Shown: positions 7,709 through 16,107 of the stretch, piece by piece
How the letters are laid out: each line of letters starts with the position of its first letter
Position numbering within the stretch: position 1 is the stretch's first letter
Source of the DNA: a virus
Lineage: Duplodnaviria > Caudoviricetes
Virus record (IMG/VR): IMGVR_UViG_3300027647_000002
Coordinates: 1 to 61,323 of that record
Reading direction: 5' to 3' (one strand)
DNA length: 61,323 nt
Program-made: the position numbers and the translations under genes
The notes under the pieces: generated by a model
What the model was told of the DNA's origin: nothing
The model's input: only the letters and a program-made list of their open reading frames with translations
Database searches by the model: none

Positions 7709-7960
7709 ATGGCGAAAGACCGCAGCATGGCAACCGGCCCGTACCCCCTACGTGGCCGATTCGACAAAATCGTTCACACAGGTTCATGCAACCGTGTGAT
7801 CTGGGTCGGCCGCCAGGTCGTACTCGTCATGTCAGACGGGGCCGAAATCCGTTGCACCCACCACAACGGACACCGGAAGAACGAGACGGCAGTCGCGTGC
7901 GCGACCAGGCTGGTGCGCGTGCTGAATGACGCAGCAGGAATACCCCGCGATAAGCAGTGA
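7709..7960 (+). CDS. Hypothetical protein (83 aa)
   Basis: AAGGAG RBS; MAKDRSMATG...; followed by hairpin. Confidence 0.65.
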   Translation: MAKDRSMATGPYPLRGRFDKIVHTGSCNRVIWVGRQVVLVMSDGAEIRCTHHNGHRKNETAVACATRLVRVLNDAAGIPRDKQ

Positions 7961-7971
7961 CCTTCGCACGA

Positions 7972-8008
7972 CTACGGCCCCTCACGAAGGGGATGCGAGG
8001 GGTCGTAG
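7972..8008. terminator. Hairpin between convergent genes
   Basis: CTACGGCCCCTC...GAGGGGTCGTAG inverted repeat. Confidence 0.45.
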
Positions 8009-8067
8009 AGGTGCGCCCGCCCAAGGCGCGGTGCATTGGGATTATGCAGGATTGATGCTACCCCGAA

Positions 8068-8511
8068 TCAGCTGGAATGCAGGGTGAACTCGACGGAATA
8101 GTCCACCCGCCCGGGCGCCGTTGTGTGCCCGTTGGTGGCCGTGAACGCACAGGAGGCGACCAGCCGGTACTGGGTGTCGAGCTGGAGGTTCGGGATCACG
8201 CTGTGCCACTGATAATCGGCAGGGATGGACGGATGATGATCCCCGTACCCTCGCTTACCCTCCACGGTCGCGCCGCAGGACATGGGGCCCTGGACCAGGG
8301 AGCGCACGTACTCCGACAAGCGCAAGGACCAGAACAGTTTGTTCTCAGGACCGTAGACAGCGTCACCAGTGAAAATGCCGTGGTCCCCGTCGTATCGGTA
8401 GGACGTTTCGGTCGGGGTGAAATGTGCCTCCCCCGGTTTCGCCGAGGCGGGGCCGGCGGTCAGGACTGCCAGGACGCAGGCGAGGACAAACAGATACGTG
8501 AGGCGCGGCAT
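8068..8511 (-). CDS. Secreted protein (signal peptide, beta-rich)
   Basis: MPRLTYLFVLACVLAVLTAGPASA signal sequence with AxA site. Confidence 0.75.
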   Translation of the reverse strand: MPRLTYLFVLACVLAVLTAGPASAKPGEAHFTPTETSYRYDGDHGIFTGDAVYGPENKLFWSLRLSEYVRSLVQGPMSCGATVEGKRGYGDHHPSIPADYQWHSVIPNLQLDTQYRLVASCAFTATNGHTTAPGRVDYSVEFTLHSS

Positions 8512-8693
8512 TGGAAATCCCCCTGTGGTGTGTGGTCGATATCCACATCGACAGGGAGCCCCTCGGCCACATCACCGAAGGCGGCGTTGTCGAATGCGGA
8601 GAAGTGGAACCACACCAATTCTCCGCTGTCGGAGCGGATTACACCAGTACCTTTGGTGGGGCTCCAGCGCCATATAGTGCCGCGGGAGGTCAT
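8460..8693 (-). CDS. Cold-shock domain protein
   Basis: GTIWRWSPTKGTGVI (RNP1-like), VWFHFSAF (RNP2-like), EGLPV. Confidence 0.75.
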   Translation of the reverse strand: MTSRGTIWRWSPTKGTGVIRSDSGELVWFHFSAFDNAAFGDVAEGLPVDVDIDHTPQGDFQCRASRICLSSPASWQS

Positions 8694-8932
8694 GGACGGC
8701 CTCCCAGCTCGCCGTAGTAGCCGTCCATCATGACGTTCAACTCCGCGAGGTCGGGATGCTCGGCCAACTCCTGGTCGTAGCCCTCCTGCATGGCGCTCAC
8801 GAATCCCCGAAGGGCGGCGGAGGCTGTCACCATCGAAGCTCGCATCCGGAGCGTCGCGGCCTGGAACTCATGTGCAGACGCCTCGACGCGCAGCCAGGCG
8901 GCCTCGATCTCCTCGGGCGTTGGTTCGCTCAT
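8690..8932 (-). CDS. Hypothetical protein
   Basis: Coupled ORF. Confidence 0.65.
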   Translation of the reverse strand: MSEPTPEEIEAAWLRVEASAHEFQAATLRMRASMVTASAALRGFVSAMQEGYDQELAEHPDLAELNVMMDGYYGELGGRP

Positions 8933-9078
8933 GGGGTTGATCCTCCCGCCTGGATGGCCGCGATCTGCTCGTTCGCTCGGCGGACCTTGCGCGCGTTGAC
9001 TGTGACCCCGATCCAGCAGGCGACACAGACAAGCAGGGCCGCCACGCAGATGATCAGGTTGACGTCCTCGATTGTCAT
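8929..9078 (-). CDS. Small membrane protein
   Basis: One TM segment; ATGA coupling. Confidence 0.6.
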   Translation of the reverse strand: MTIEDVNLIICVAALLVCVACWIGVTVNARKVRRANEQIAAIQAGGSTP

Positions 9079-9317
9079 GGGCGGTCTCCTGCCTCGTCGG
9101 CGTCCCGGGACATAGCCGCTACCAACGCCCGCCGGGTGAAGACGATGTCCTCCAGGCTCGATGTCCGCCACAACCCCTCCAGCTCAGGACGGGCAGGGAA
9201 CAGGCGCCGATCCAGAGCGGACAACCCCAGCTCGGCTCCCCAGCACAAGACAGCAGCCAAGGGGTAGCCGATCGCCGCGCCGATGACGGCTTGAGCGAAC
9301 CAGGGCAGGTCGTTCAC
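9075..9317 (-). CDS. Membrane protein
   Basis: Hydrophobic N-terminus; coupled. Confidence 0.6.
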   Translation of the reverse strand: MNDLPWFAQAVIGAAIGYPLAAVLCWGAELGLSALDRRLFPARPELEGLWRTSSLEDIVFTRRALVAAMSRDADEAGDRP

Positions 9318-9622
9318 GGTGTCTCCGTCTCGTCGGTGTCCACGGCTGGCTCATACGCCTCGCGGAAGAAGTCGGCGGATACCACCTGGCACCATCTTCC
9401 CCCGGTCGCGCTGCGGATGACCCAATCCCCGGTGCGCATATAGGTGCGCGGCTCTTCGTAGCTCTGGCCGGTGAACAGGGACCCCGTCGCGTCGCCGAAC
9501 AGGGAACCGTCGTACGTTTCAAAGTCGCCGTTGGTGAACTCGATCATGGCGGCGGCGTTGGTGCCGTCCCACTGGATCGCCAGGACGTCGTAGGGCTTCC
9601 GCCGGTAGATGCTCACGCTCAT
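9314..9622 (-). CDS. Conserved phage protein (PGDYG-like)
   Basis: YRRKPYDVLAIQWDG...GDWVIR...FFREAYE. Confidence 0.7.
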   Translation of the reverse strand: MSVSIYRRKPYDVLAIQWDGTNAAAMIEFTNGDFETYDGSLFGDATGSLFTGQSYEEPRTYMRTGDWVIRSATGGRWCQVVSADFFREAYEPAVDTDETETP

Positions 9623-9834
9623 CGGCCAGCCTCGTCGGTGTCCTCGGTGTAGATGGAGGCCAGCAGCAGCCGCCGCGATGACGGGTCGCCCGAACGTCCG
9701 CGTTCGATCTCGCGGTATCCGCGCTTCTCGTCGACTACTGCATCCCAGGTGATCTCGCCCCGGAGGAAGCGCTGGGCGGTCGCGTCCCGACCCAGGCCGG
9801 CCCGCAGACGGGACAGAGAAGCATCGAGGGTCAT
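9619..9834 (-). CDS. Hypothetical protein
   Basis: MTLDASLSRL...; ATGA coupling. Confidence 0.55.
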   Translation of the reverse strand: MTLDASLSRLRAGLGRDATAQRFLRGEITWDAVVDEKRGYREIERGRSGDPSSRRLLLASIYTEDTDEAGR

Positions 9835-10058
9835 GCCGCCCACTCCAGCTGGTAGTCGGGATGATCGGACCAGATCGCGGCGATCGGTTTGATGATGCCG
9901 CCCCGGACCGCAACCCACGCCAGCGCGCTGAACTCCTTGCCGTTCTCGCTCATCAGCTCCCATGTGTCCAGCGCGGAACGGGCGGCGGTCGCCAGATTCG
10001 CGTCGCCTTCCACGATCCGGGCGTCGATGAACTCGACGAGGTTCGGGCGGGGGGACAC
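9831..10058 (-). CDS. DUF6221-like protein
   Basis: LVEFIDARIVE...AAIWSDHPDYQLEW. Confidence 0.6.
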   Translation of the reverse strand: MSPRPNLVEFIDARIVEGDANLATAARSALDTWELMSENGKEFSALAWVAVRGGIIKPIAAIWSDHPDYQLEWAA

Positions 10059-10136
10059 CGCACCGGTTCGGGCACACCCCGTTGTAGTACAGGGATGAGG
10101 AGTGCAGGTCGCAGGTCGGGCAGGTCGCCTTCTCGC

Positions 10137-10664
10137 TCACGCGGGCACCCCATCCCGGATAGGGGTGCTGTCGCCCCGATGATCCCGACCGCATTCCCAG
10201 ATCGGCGCCTCACCCGAGATGAACACCGAACCGCCGTAGCGGCAGCGGGCGCACTCGTAGGTGTAGTGCATCTCGACCACGACCTCCCGCTGCCGGACGG
10301 TGTCGGGAATGTAGATGCCCTCGGGGTTGGTGCAGTTCGGGTCATCAATCCCCGTGCAGCCCGGGTTGGTGCAGGCCGCCTTGTTCGGGGCGGACAGCAC
10401 TTTCCGTTCGTGCTTCTGGTGGTCGATCATCGTCTCCCCGCATGCGATGCACTGCTCGGTGACGTCGTCGATGCGGTGGTGGCGGCAGCCGCGCGGGTCG
10501 GGGGCCGGGACGCCGCACTCACCGCAGCTGAACTTCTCGTCGTGGGTCATGGTGATGCTGGGGTGCTCACACGGGACCACTTCGCGGTATGCCTGCTCGG
10601 CGGCGGCCAGTTGCGCCTTCGCTTCGGCGAGACGTGCCTCGGCCTCACGCCGATCCCCGCTCAC
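10137..10664 (-). CDS. Cys-rich multi-zinc-ribbon protein
   Basis: Several CxxC pairs; GTGA coupling. Confidence 0.6.
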   Translation of the reverse strand: MSGDRREAEARLAEAKAQLAAAEQAYREVVPCEHPSITMTHDEKFSCGECGVPAPDPRGCRHHRIDDVTEQCIACGETMIDHQKHERKVLSAPNKAACTNPGCTGIDDPNCTNPEGIYIPDTVRQREVVVEMHYTYECARCRYGGSVFISGEAPIWECGRDHRGDSTPIRDGVPA

Positions 10665-11056
10665 CACGAGTAAACCTTGGCCGTGGCCGGATCCGAATCG
10701 GCCGTCTGCTCCCATCGCCGCAACCCGCCACACTGGCACGTGACAAACAAAGTCTCGCTGGTAAGCGGGACCCGCCAGTCTTCGGCCGGCCCGCCGTCCA
10801 GACCCGGGTATTGCACCGTGGCGTAGGCCGAGACGTGATCGCGGTCGAGCTTCCGAACCAGGTCGCTGCCGCCGCATTTCGGACACTTCTCGATACTGCG
10901 CGCGGGCGGCAGTGCAGCCAGGTTCGCCCTGGCCTCCCCGAGAACCTCCTGCACGGCAGCATCCCTCAGCCGGCGGCGTTGCTCTACAGTCAACGCCGGG
11001 GCGGGTGGCGTACGGCGTCTGAACATAGACAGGCCGCTCTCGATAGACTTCTTCAT
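10661..11056 (-). CDS. Zinc-ribbon hypothetical protein
   Basis: CPKCGG...TCQCGG...WEQTAD. Confidence 0.65.
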   Translation of the reverse strand: MKKSIESGLSMFRRRTPPAPALTVEQRRRLRDAAVQEVLGEARANLAALPPARSIEKCPKCGGSDLVRKLDRDHVSAYATVQYPGLDGGPAEDWRVPLTSETLFVTCQCGGLRRWEQTADSDPATAKVYSW

Positions 11057-11153
11057 GGCTGAATCTTCCTCTCACGGAACTCAGATTCGGTCGGTGGCCG
11101 GGTGGTGTACGAGACCCCCGGCCACACCCGATTTTACCAGTTCACAAGGCATT

Positions 11154-11708
11154 TCACGCATCAGTGACGGGGAAGTCACGCACCTTCAGCTTCGCCCGTC
11201 GGCCGTCCGGGTGATGCCACACGATGCCCTCGGTGCTGCCATCCACCACAGCGGCCAGCCACGACCGCAAACCGTCGTAATCCCCCGGCAGATCAGTCGC
11301 CACATCGGCGCCGTGACGCACCAGCCGGTGATCCGGGAAGCCGTGCGGGTTGCCGTTCACCTTCGGCCCGACCAACTCGAACGTCTCACCCGGCGCCGCA
11401 TCTACAGGCTTATCCACAGTCGTGAACACCTTCGCGTACGAGGACTGCTCGATCGGCTCCCACCCCACCCGCTTTCCGGTCACCTCGTCGGCGTCGACCT
11501 CCTGCCACTCCGGCGGCGGAGTATTGCCCGGCTTCACTTCCCGGCGCGCCCACCAGCGTTCCCCGTCGAACATGGTGCAGGTGCCGTCGTACTTGATCGT
11601 GGCCACGCCTTCACCGGCAAGGACCCATTCACAACCGGGGTTCACCTCGGGGAGGACGTGGGCGCGGTTCTCCGGGTCGCGCTGGAACACGGTCGGGATC
11701 TTCTTCAT
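11154..11708 (-). CDS. RNA-ligase-like protein (DUF5565-like)
   Basis: MKKIPTVFQRD; KYDGTC (KxDG motif I); FELVGPKVNGNP; EGIVW; AKLK. Confidence 0.75.
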   Translation of the reverse strand: MKKIPTVFQRDPENRAHVLPEVNPGCEWVLAGEGVATIKYDGTCTMFDGERWWARREVKPGNTPPPEWQEVDADEVTGKRVGWEPIEQSSYAKVFTTVDKPVDAAPGETFELVGPKVNGNPHGFPDHRLVRHGADVATDLPGDYDGLRSWLAAVVDGSTEGIVWHHPDGRRAKLKVRDFPVTDA

Positions 11709-12169
11709 GCTGTCTCCTCGGTCAGGTCATAGACGGATATCCACACTCCCGGCTGACATCCCGGGTCGGCCAACCGTTTGTTCGCCGACAGCTCCACCAC
11801 CTGAGCGTCGTCGGAGAACGTGATCCCCGTAAGGGCATCCAGAATCGCCCGGGCGAGCTTGTCCAGGTCCGGCCGCTTGATCGCCGGCGGGGTCCGAGTC
11901 TTCGGAGTGGACTTCGGCCGCGGCATCACGAACGTCAGGTCCAACGACACCGGGCCCTCCAGGTGTGGGCAGCCTTTCTGGTGCACCGCGAGGGCTACCC
12001 GCTCCCGCCAGGGACCGACTGCGGCGGAGGACTCGATCATCCGGCCGTGACCGACATGGCGTTTACTGCCCTGCGGGGCCGGGGTGCCGGGGATGAACAA
12101 GCGGGTCGGGGGGAATACCGCTCGCGGTATCGGACGGTGCTCGTCGAGGTCGACGACTTTGTCTGTCAC
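11705..12169 (-). CDS. rusA: Holliday junction resolvase RusA
   Basis: GTPAPQGSK...RPDLDKLARAILDALTG...DDAQVV. Confidence 0.9.
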   Translation of the reverse strand: MTDKVVDLDEHRPIPRAVFPPTRLFIPGTPAPQGSKRHVGHGRMIESSAAVGPWRERVALAVHQKGCPHLEGPVSLDLTFVMPRPKSTPKTRTPPAIKRPDLDKLARAILDALTGITFSDDAQVVELSANKRLADPGCQPGVWISVYDLTEETA

Positions 12170-12453
12170 TCGGTCACGCACTCGGTGAAGTACCGGCGCT
12201 CGCGGCCGTAGACGGGCAGAGTCGACCGGTGGCCGTCCCCGTGCATCCACTCCACGCCCCCGTCAACGGCTCTCGTCTCCGTCCCGGTGGGCAGTAGCCC
12301 GGCCGCGGCGAGAGCATCGACGTATGGGGCGGCTTTGCGTCGATACCGGGGAGCCCAGTCGTCGAACGACTGGTCGTTGCCGGGCTCGTCGGCTGCGAAA
12401 AGCTCGCGGGCGATCACCTCGACGGCCTCGGCCCGGATCTGTTCGGCGTTCAT
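12166..12453 (-). CDS. Hypothetical protein
   Basis: Coupled ORF MNAEQIRA... Confidence 0.65.
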   Translation of the reverse strand: MNAEQIRAEAVEVIARELFAADEPGNDQSFDDWAPRYRRKAAPYVDALAAAGLLPTGTETRAVDGGVEWMHGDGHRSTLPVYGRERRYFTECVTE

Positions 12454-12659
12454 GCTGTCCTGTCCTTCCGCGGGTAGTTGAGGTCGTGGAGGCTCTCCCC
12501 GAACCGCAGGAACCGGGCACGATTCATGGCGTAGTTGTCCGGGCCGTTGACGAACCGCAACGCCTCCAGCTCGGTGGGGAACACGACGATGTTGTCGTCG
12601 TTGCCCATGGCGTCGGCGACTATCCACACGCCAGCCTGGTCTTCGGTCTGCTCGGTCAC
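12450..12659 (-). CDS. Hypothetical protein
   Basis: Coupled ORF. Confidence 0.65.
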   Translation of the reverse strand: MTEQTEDQAGVWIVADAMGNDDNIVVFPTELEALRFVNGPDNYAMNRARFLRFGESLHDLNYPRKDRTA

Positions 12660-13048
12660 GGCTGGACCTCCCGCAGCTCGATCAGCTTGAAATCCACGCC
12701 AGGGTTCTCCTCGACCTCATGCGCCAGCTCCTGCTCGGCACCCGAGCGCATCGGTTCCGGGCCGCCGTAGTCCCGGTTGAAGGTCCAGCCGTGAGCGCTG
12801 TAGTAGCCGACGACGTACCCGAGCGGGGGACGCTGCGCCGCCTCATCTCGCCGGACGATCATCTGCTTCAGCTCGTCGATGCGGGCACGTGCGTCGTGCA
12901 GCTGCTCTTCCGTACGGTCGAGCTGACTGGTTAGCCGATTCGCCTTCTCAAGTGCGGCGATCGCCCTCGCCATCACCTCGTCATAGGTCGGCGCACTGAC
13001 CGGGCCGGGGTCCGGCGCAGGAGCTGTGTGCTTATCGAACCAGGCCAT
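12656..13048 (-). CDS. Hypothetical coiled-coil protein
   Basis: GGAGG RBS; coupled. Confidence 0.65.
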   Translation of the reverse strand: MAWFDKHTAPAPDPGPVSAPTYDEVMARAIAALEKANRLTSQLDRTEEQLHDARARIDELKQMIVRRDEAAQRPPLGYVVGYYSAHGWTFNRDYGGPEPMRSGAEQELAHEVEENPGVDFKLIELREVQP

Positions 13049-13208
13049 TGACGGCCTCCTTGGGTGTGTTCCAGGTGATCGGGTCGTGGTACTTGTGCAT
13101 CCCCTTGTGGCCGGCGTCCCGACTGCACTGGAGGATCAGGGTCGAATTCGTGTAGCCGTCCCCGACATCGGGGAGAGGGACCTCCAGGACGGCACGGCAG
13201 CGGGTCAC
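13032..13208 (-). CDS. Hypothetical protein (Cys/His)
   Basis: VTRCRAVL...CSRDAGHKGMH. Confidence 0.5.
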   Translation of the reverse strand: MTRCRAVLEVPLPDVGDGYTNSTLILQCSRDAGHKGMHKYHDPITWNTPKEAVNGLVR

Positions 13209-13483
13209 GGCGCGGCCTTCCTCGCGGCACGCTCCTGCTGGGCCGAGCGGATCCGGGCACGCCGCTGCTCCTGTGACTCGAACCCCGCTTTCTCGAACGT
13301 CTTCGCGACGTTCTTCATCCACGCCTCGATCCCGTCGTGGAACGCCTTGTGCGCTTCAGGGATCACCACCTGGGCACCGCACATACGGCAGAGGGCGGGC
13401 TGGATGAACATGTCCTCCATCGCCTTGGCTTCCTTCGCGCGGGCTTCGGCGAGCATGGCCTCGATGTCGATGCTCTCGGTCAT
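13205..13483 (-). CDS. Hypothetical protein
   Basis: CRMCGA...H..FH. Confidence 0.65.
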   Translation of the reverse strand: MTESIDIEAMLAEARAKEAKAMEDMFIQPALCRMCGAQVVIPEAHKAFHDGIEAWMKNVAKTFEKAGFESQEQRRARIRSAQQERAARKAAP

Positions 13484-13692
13484 TCGGTATCTCCGTTCTC
13501 GGGGGCGTCGAGTTGTTCGGCGATCTGCCCGCGCACCCACGCCAGCAGGCCGACACACAACATGGACACGGTGTGGAAGTCCTCGGGGCTGAGCTGCTCA
13601 CGCACACGGCGGGGCAGGTATTCAGCGGGGTTGATCGGGTAGGTGAGGTGGTCGAGCACGATCGCGCGGGACAGTCGGTTCAGGTCAGTCAC
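13480..13692 (-). CDS. Hypothetical protein
   Basis: VTDLNRLS...; coupled. Confidence 0.6.
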   Translation of the reverse strand: MTDLNRLSRAIVLDHLTYPINPAEYLPRRVREQLSPEDFHTVSMLCVGLLAWVRGQIAEQLDAPENGDTE

Positions 13693-13835
13693 GGGGTGTC
13701 TCCGTTCTCGACGTCCCAGGAGGCGGCCAGTTCGAGCCGGATCTTCCCGGTTGGGAGATCGACCTCCAGCCCGGTGACCGGGCGGTCGTCGACGAACAGT
13801 TTGTTGCTGTAGATCAGGTCCCACAGGTCGGTCAT
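13689..13835 (-). CDS. Hypothetical protein (48 aa)
   Basis: MTDLWDLIYSNK...; coupled at both ends. Confidence 0.55.
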   Translation of the reverse strand: MTDLWDLIYSNKLFVDDRPVTGLEVDLPTGKIRLELAASWDVENGDTP

Positions 13836-14191
13836 CGGTTGTCTCCGTTCTCGGGGGTGTGCAGGACGGTGACGCCGGCGCCGCGACAGGCGGCCAGAAG
13901 TTCGGCGCTGGTGTACGCGCGCTCACCGGTGGGCTTGAGCCACAGCGGCAGGTCGACAAGCTCGCTGGGCACCGATTGGTGGGCCACCCCGTAGGCGAGT
14001 ACGACGCACATGTACGGCAGCGCGTCGAGTTCGGCGGGGTCGGTGATGACGCGAGCGGGTGGACGCCACCCAGTGGCGAGAACAGCGTCGACCAGAGCGA
14101 CGGCGACAAGGGCCGGGGCGTTCCAGGTTCGGCTGTCGATCACCTCGCGGGCAAGCCGCTCGAGCTGGTAGCGAGGGGTCTGATCTGGCAT
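13832..14191 (-). CDS. Hypothetical protein
   Basis: GWRPPARVITDPAELDALP...VTVLHTP, a common actinophage pattern. Confidence 0.7.
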   Translation of the reverse strand: MPDQTPRYQLERLAREVIDSRTWNAPALVAVALVDAVLATGWRPPARVITDPAELDALPYMCVVLAYGVAHQSVPSELVDLPLWLKPTGERAYTSAELLAACRGAGVTVLHTPENGDNR

Positions 14192-14198
14192 TGGTGAG

Positions 14199-14345
14199 TC
14201 ACTTCCCATGAGTGGTGACCGATTCCCCGCTGGTGGCGGGCCGGTGGATGGCTTGCATGCAATGGACCGAGCAGTAACCCCGGGGGAACCGCGGCGGCTG
14301 GGGAAGCTCTCCCCCGCACCGGAAACACCGCTCGAACTCAGTCAT
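14199..14345 (-). CDS. 48-aa zinc-finger peptide
   Basis: CFRCG...YCSVHC; ATGA coupling. Confidence 0.5.
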   Translation of the reverse strand: MTEFERCFRCGGELPQPPRFPRGYCSVHCMQAIHRPATSGESVTTHGK

Positions 14346-14923
14346 GCCGATCCCGTTTCGTGCCGTGCGCCCCGCTTTCGCGAATCCCGGTTGTTGCGAT
14401 TGCCGGGCATCATCAACCGCTCGATCTCCCGTAGCTCACGACGCCGGTCCTCGATGACCGACGCGAGCGACGACATCTCCGCGGCCCGCCGGCGTATGGC
14501 CAGCTCTCGATCACGGGACGCCCGGGCCTCCGCACGGCGCTGGGCAGCGAACCGCTCCCGGGCCCGCATCGCCTCCTCGTGGCGCCGATCCAGCTCCGCG
14601 CGCTGCTTGGCGACACGGGCACGCTTCGCGGCTTCCCGGATATCGGCGAATCTCTGCTGGAGTTTCGCTTCTTCCTCGGCGCGGCGGAGGGCTATCGACT
14701 CGGATTTCGCCTTCTCCTGGGCGAGCCGTTCAGCCTCGGCGGCAACGCGGGCCGCCTTGGCCTCGGCTGCCGTTAGCGCCTTCTGGGCTTTCCGGTACCG
14801 GCGCTCAAGGCGAGCTGTAGCCGCATCGACTTCCATCTCATACCGCTCGTCGACGGGATCCGACCGGAAGGTGAGGGCTTCACTCGGAATGCGGTGGCGC
14901 GACCTGGTCGGCTTCTTCGACAT
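14342..14923 (-). CDS. Charged helical/coiled-coil protein
   Basis: E/R/K/A-rich. Confidence 0.7.
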   Translation of the reverse strand: MSKKPTRSRHRIPSEALTFRSDPVDERYEMEVDAATARLERRYRKAQKALTAAEAKAARVAAEAERLAQEKAKSESIALRRAEEEAKLQQRFADIREAAKRARVAKQRAELDRRHEEAMRARERFAAQRRAEARASRDRELAIRRRAAEMSSLASVIEDRRRELREIERLMMPGNRNNRDSRKRGARHETGSA

Positions 14924-15491
14924 CGCTCATAACCTCCTCACCGGCGTTCGCTGCGATCCCCTTGAATTTCGACAACAGATCACGATCTCGAAAGGTCTGT
15001 TCGCGGCCATCTGCATTTCGATTGCCAATGACCTTCTTGGTCGTCAGCCGCCGGGCTTCCCGAGAACTGAACCCACCGCATCCGACCTTGTCCAGAACTT
15101 CCGACGCATACGTGCCACCCCTGGACGATCCGACGAACTTGTTGAAATAGACGTCCAAATCGCGGGGAAGGAAGCTCGCCTCCGGGTTTTGTCGGCCGAT
15201 CCCAATGAGCAGGTCTCGAATAGTTTCGGCCGCGAGCACCGCCAGGCTTTCGGCTTTACGCTCCGCTGTGTCGGCTCGGGAGTTAGCGACCTGGACATCG
15301 GCCCGCGCAATCGATCCAGCTTCACGGATTGCCCGGCTATGCAGGTTGCGTTCGGCGGCCTGGACTTTCAGTCTCTCGACATCAAGCTCCGCGCGTAGGG
15401 CGTCACGCTCGGCGACTGCCTGCTGCAACAGCTCGTTGTCCAGGTTGGCCATCCGGTTGGCGGCCTTCGCCGTGTACTTACCTTTTGTCAT
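14880..15491 (-). CDS. Coiled-coil hypothetical protein
   Basis: GGAGGA RBS; lower GC3. Confidence 0.7.
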   Translation of the reverse strand: MTKGKYTAKAANRMANLDNELLQQAVAERDALRAELDVERLKVQAAERNLHSRAIREAGSIARADVQVANSRADTAERKAESLAVLAAETIRDLLIGIGRQNPEASFLPRDLDVYFNKFVGSSRGGTYASEVLDKVGCGGFSSREARRLTTKKVIGNRNADGREQTFRDRDLLSKFKGIAANAGEEVMSDVEEADQVAPPHSE

Positions 15492-15494
15492 GGT

Positions 15495-15731
15495 TCAGTC
15501 CTCCTCGGTTTGCTGCTGGGAATGTCGGTCCTCCTGGATCCGCGCCCACTGCACGAGCGCAGCGATCGCGTCGTGGAACTCGTCATGCTTGGGCTGGTCA
15601 CCGACCCACGCGCCGCAGCGGGGGCACACCTCCGCGCCTGGAGGTAGGTTCCTGCCCGCTGGATGGGCCGTGGACGGGCTGGAGGGGGCCCGCTGGGATA
15701 TCCGGGTGACCCGGGGCAACTGCTGGCTCAT
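15495..15731 (-). CDS. Hypothetical protein
   Basis: CPRCGAWV...HDEFH. Confidence 0.6.
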   Translation of the reverse strand: MSQQLPRVTRISQRAPSSPSTAHPAGRNLPPGAEVCPRCGAWVGDQPKHDEFHDAIAALVQWARIQEDRHSQQQTEED

Positions 15732-15892
15732 TTCGGGCTCTCGTTCCCTGCTTCGTGAATGCGGGCCACACACGGGACACCGCGGTACTGGTCTGTGATC
15801 GGGTTGAGGCAGTAGTCGTTCGGCTCGGCGCGGCACCGGCGGCAACGAAGGTGGATGCAGTCCGCATAAGCGGCCGCGATCGGGTCAGGCAT
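15728..15892 (-). CDS. Small zinc-finger protein
   Basis: CRRCRAEPNDYC...PCVARI. Confidence 0.65.
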   Translation of the reverse strand: MPDPIAAAYADCIHLRCRRCRAEPNDYCLNPITDQYRGVPCVARIHEAGNESPK

Positions 15893-16107
15893 CACGGCTC
15901 CCCATCCGGGTAGAACGCGCGGCCTGCCTCCAGCAGGGCCGACGCGGCATCGAAGTGCTTGTCGTCGCCGGAGAGCATCGGGATCACGTCCTCGGCGTGG
16001 AACAGCGGCGGCTTCAGATGCGGGAAGTTCCGCCGGTAGGCGCCCACCGTGTTCGCGATGACCTCCGCCGAGCACCGCGGCGGCGCGGCCATCTTCGGAT
16101 CAGGCAC
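15892..16107 (-). CDS. Hypothetical protein
   Basis: Coupled ORF. Confidence 0.55.
   Translation of the reverse strand: MPDPKMAAPPRCSAEVIANTVGAYRRNFPHLKPPLFHAEDVIPMLSGDDKHFDAASALLEAGRAFYPDGEP

Noticed and set aside
11410-11418. TTATCCACA DnaA box
   Set aside because: Single copy inside a coding region; probably chance.
13490-13857. Repeats resembling a CRISPR array
   Set aside because: Only 12-16 nt, spaced by whole genes; no cas genes. The RecE-like nuclease belongs to the recombination module.
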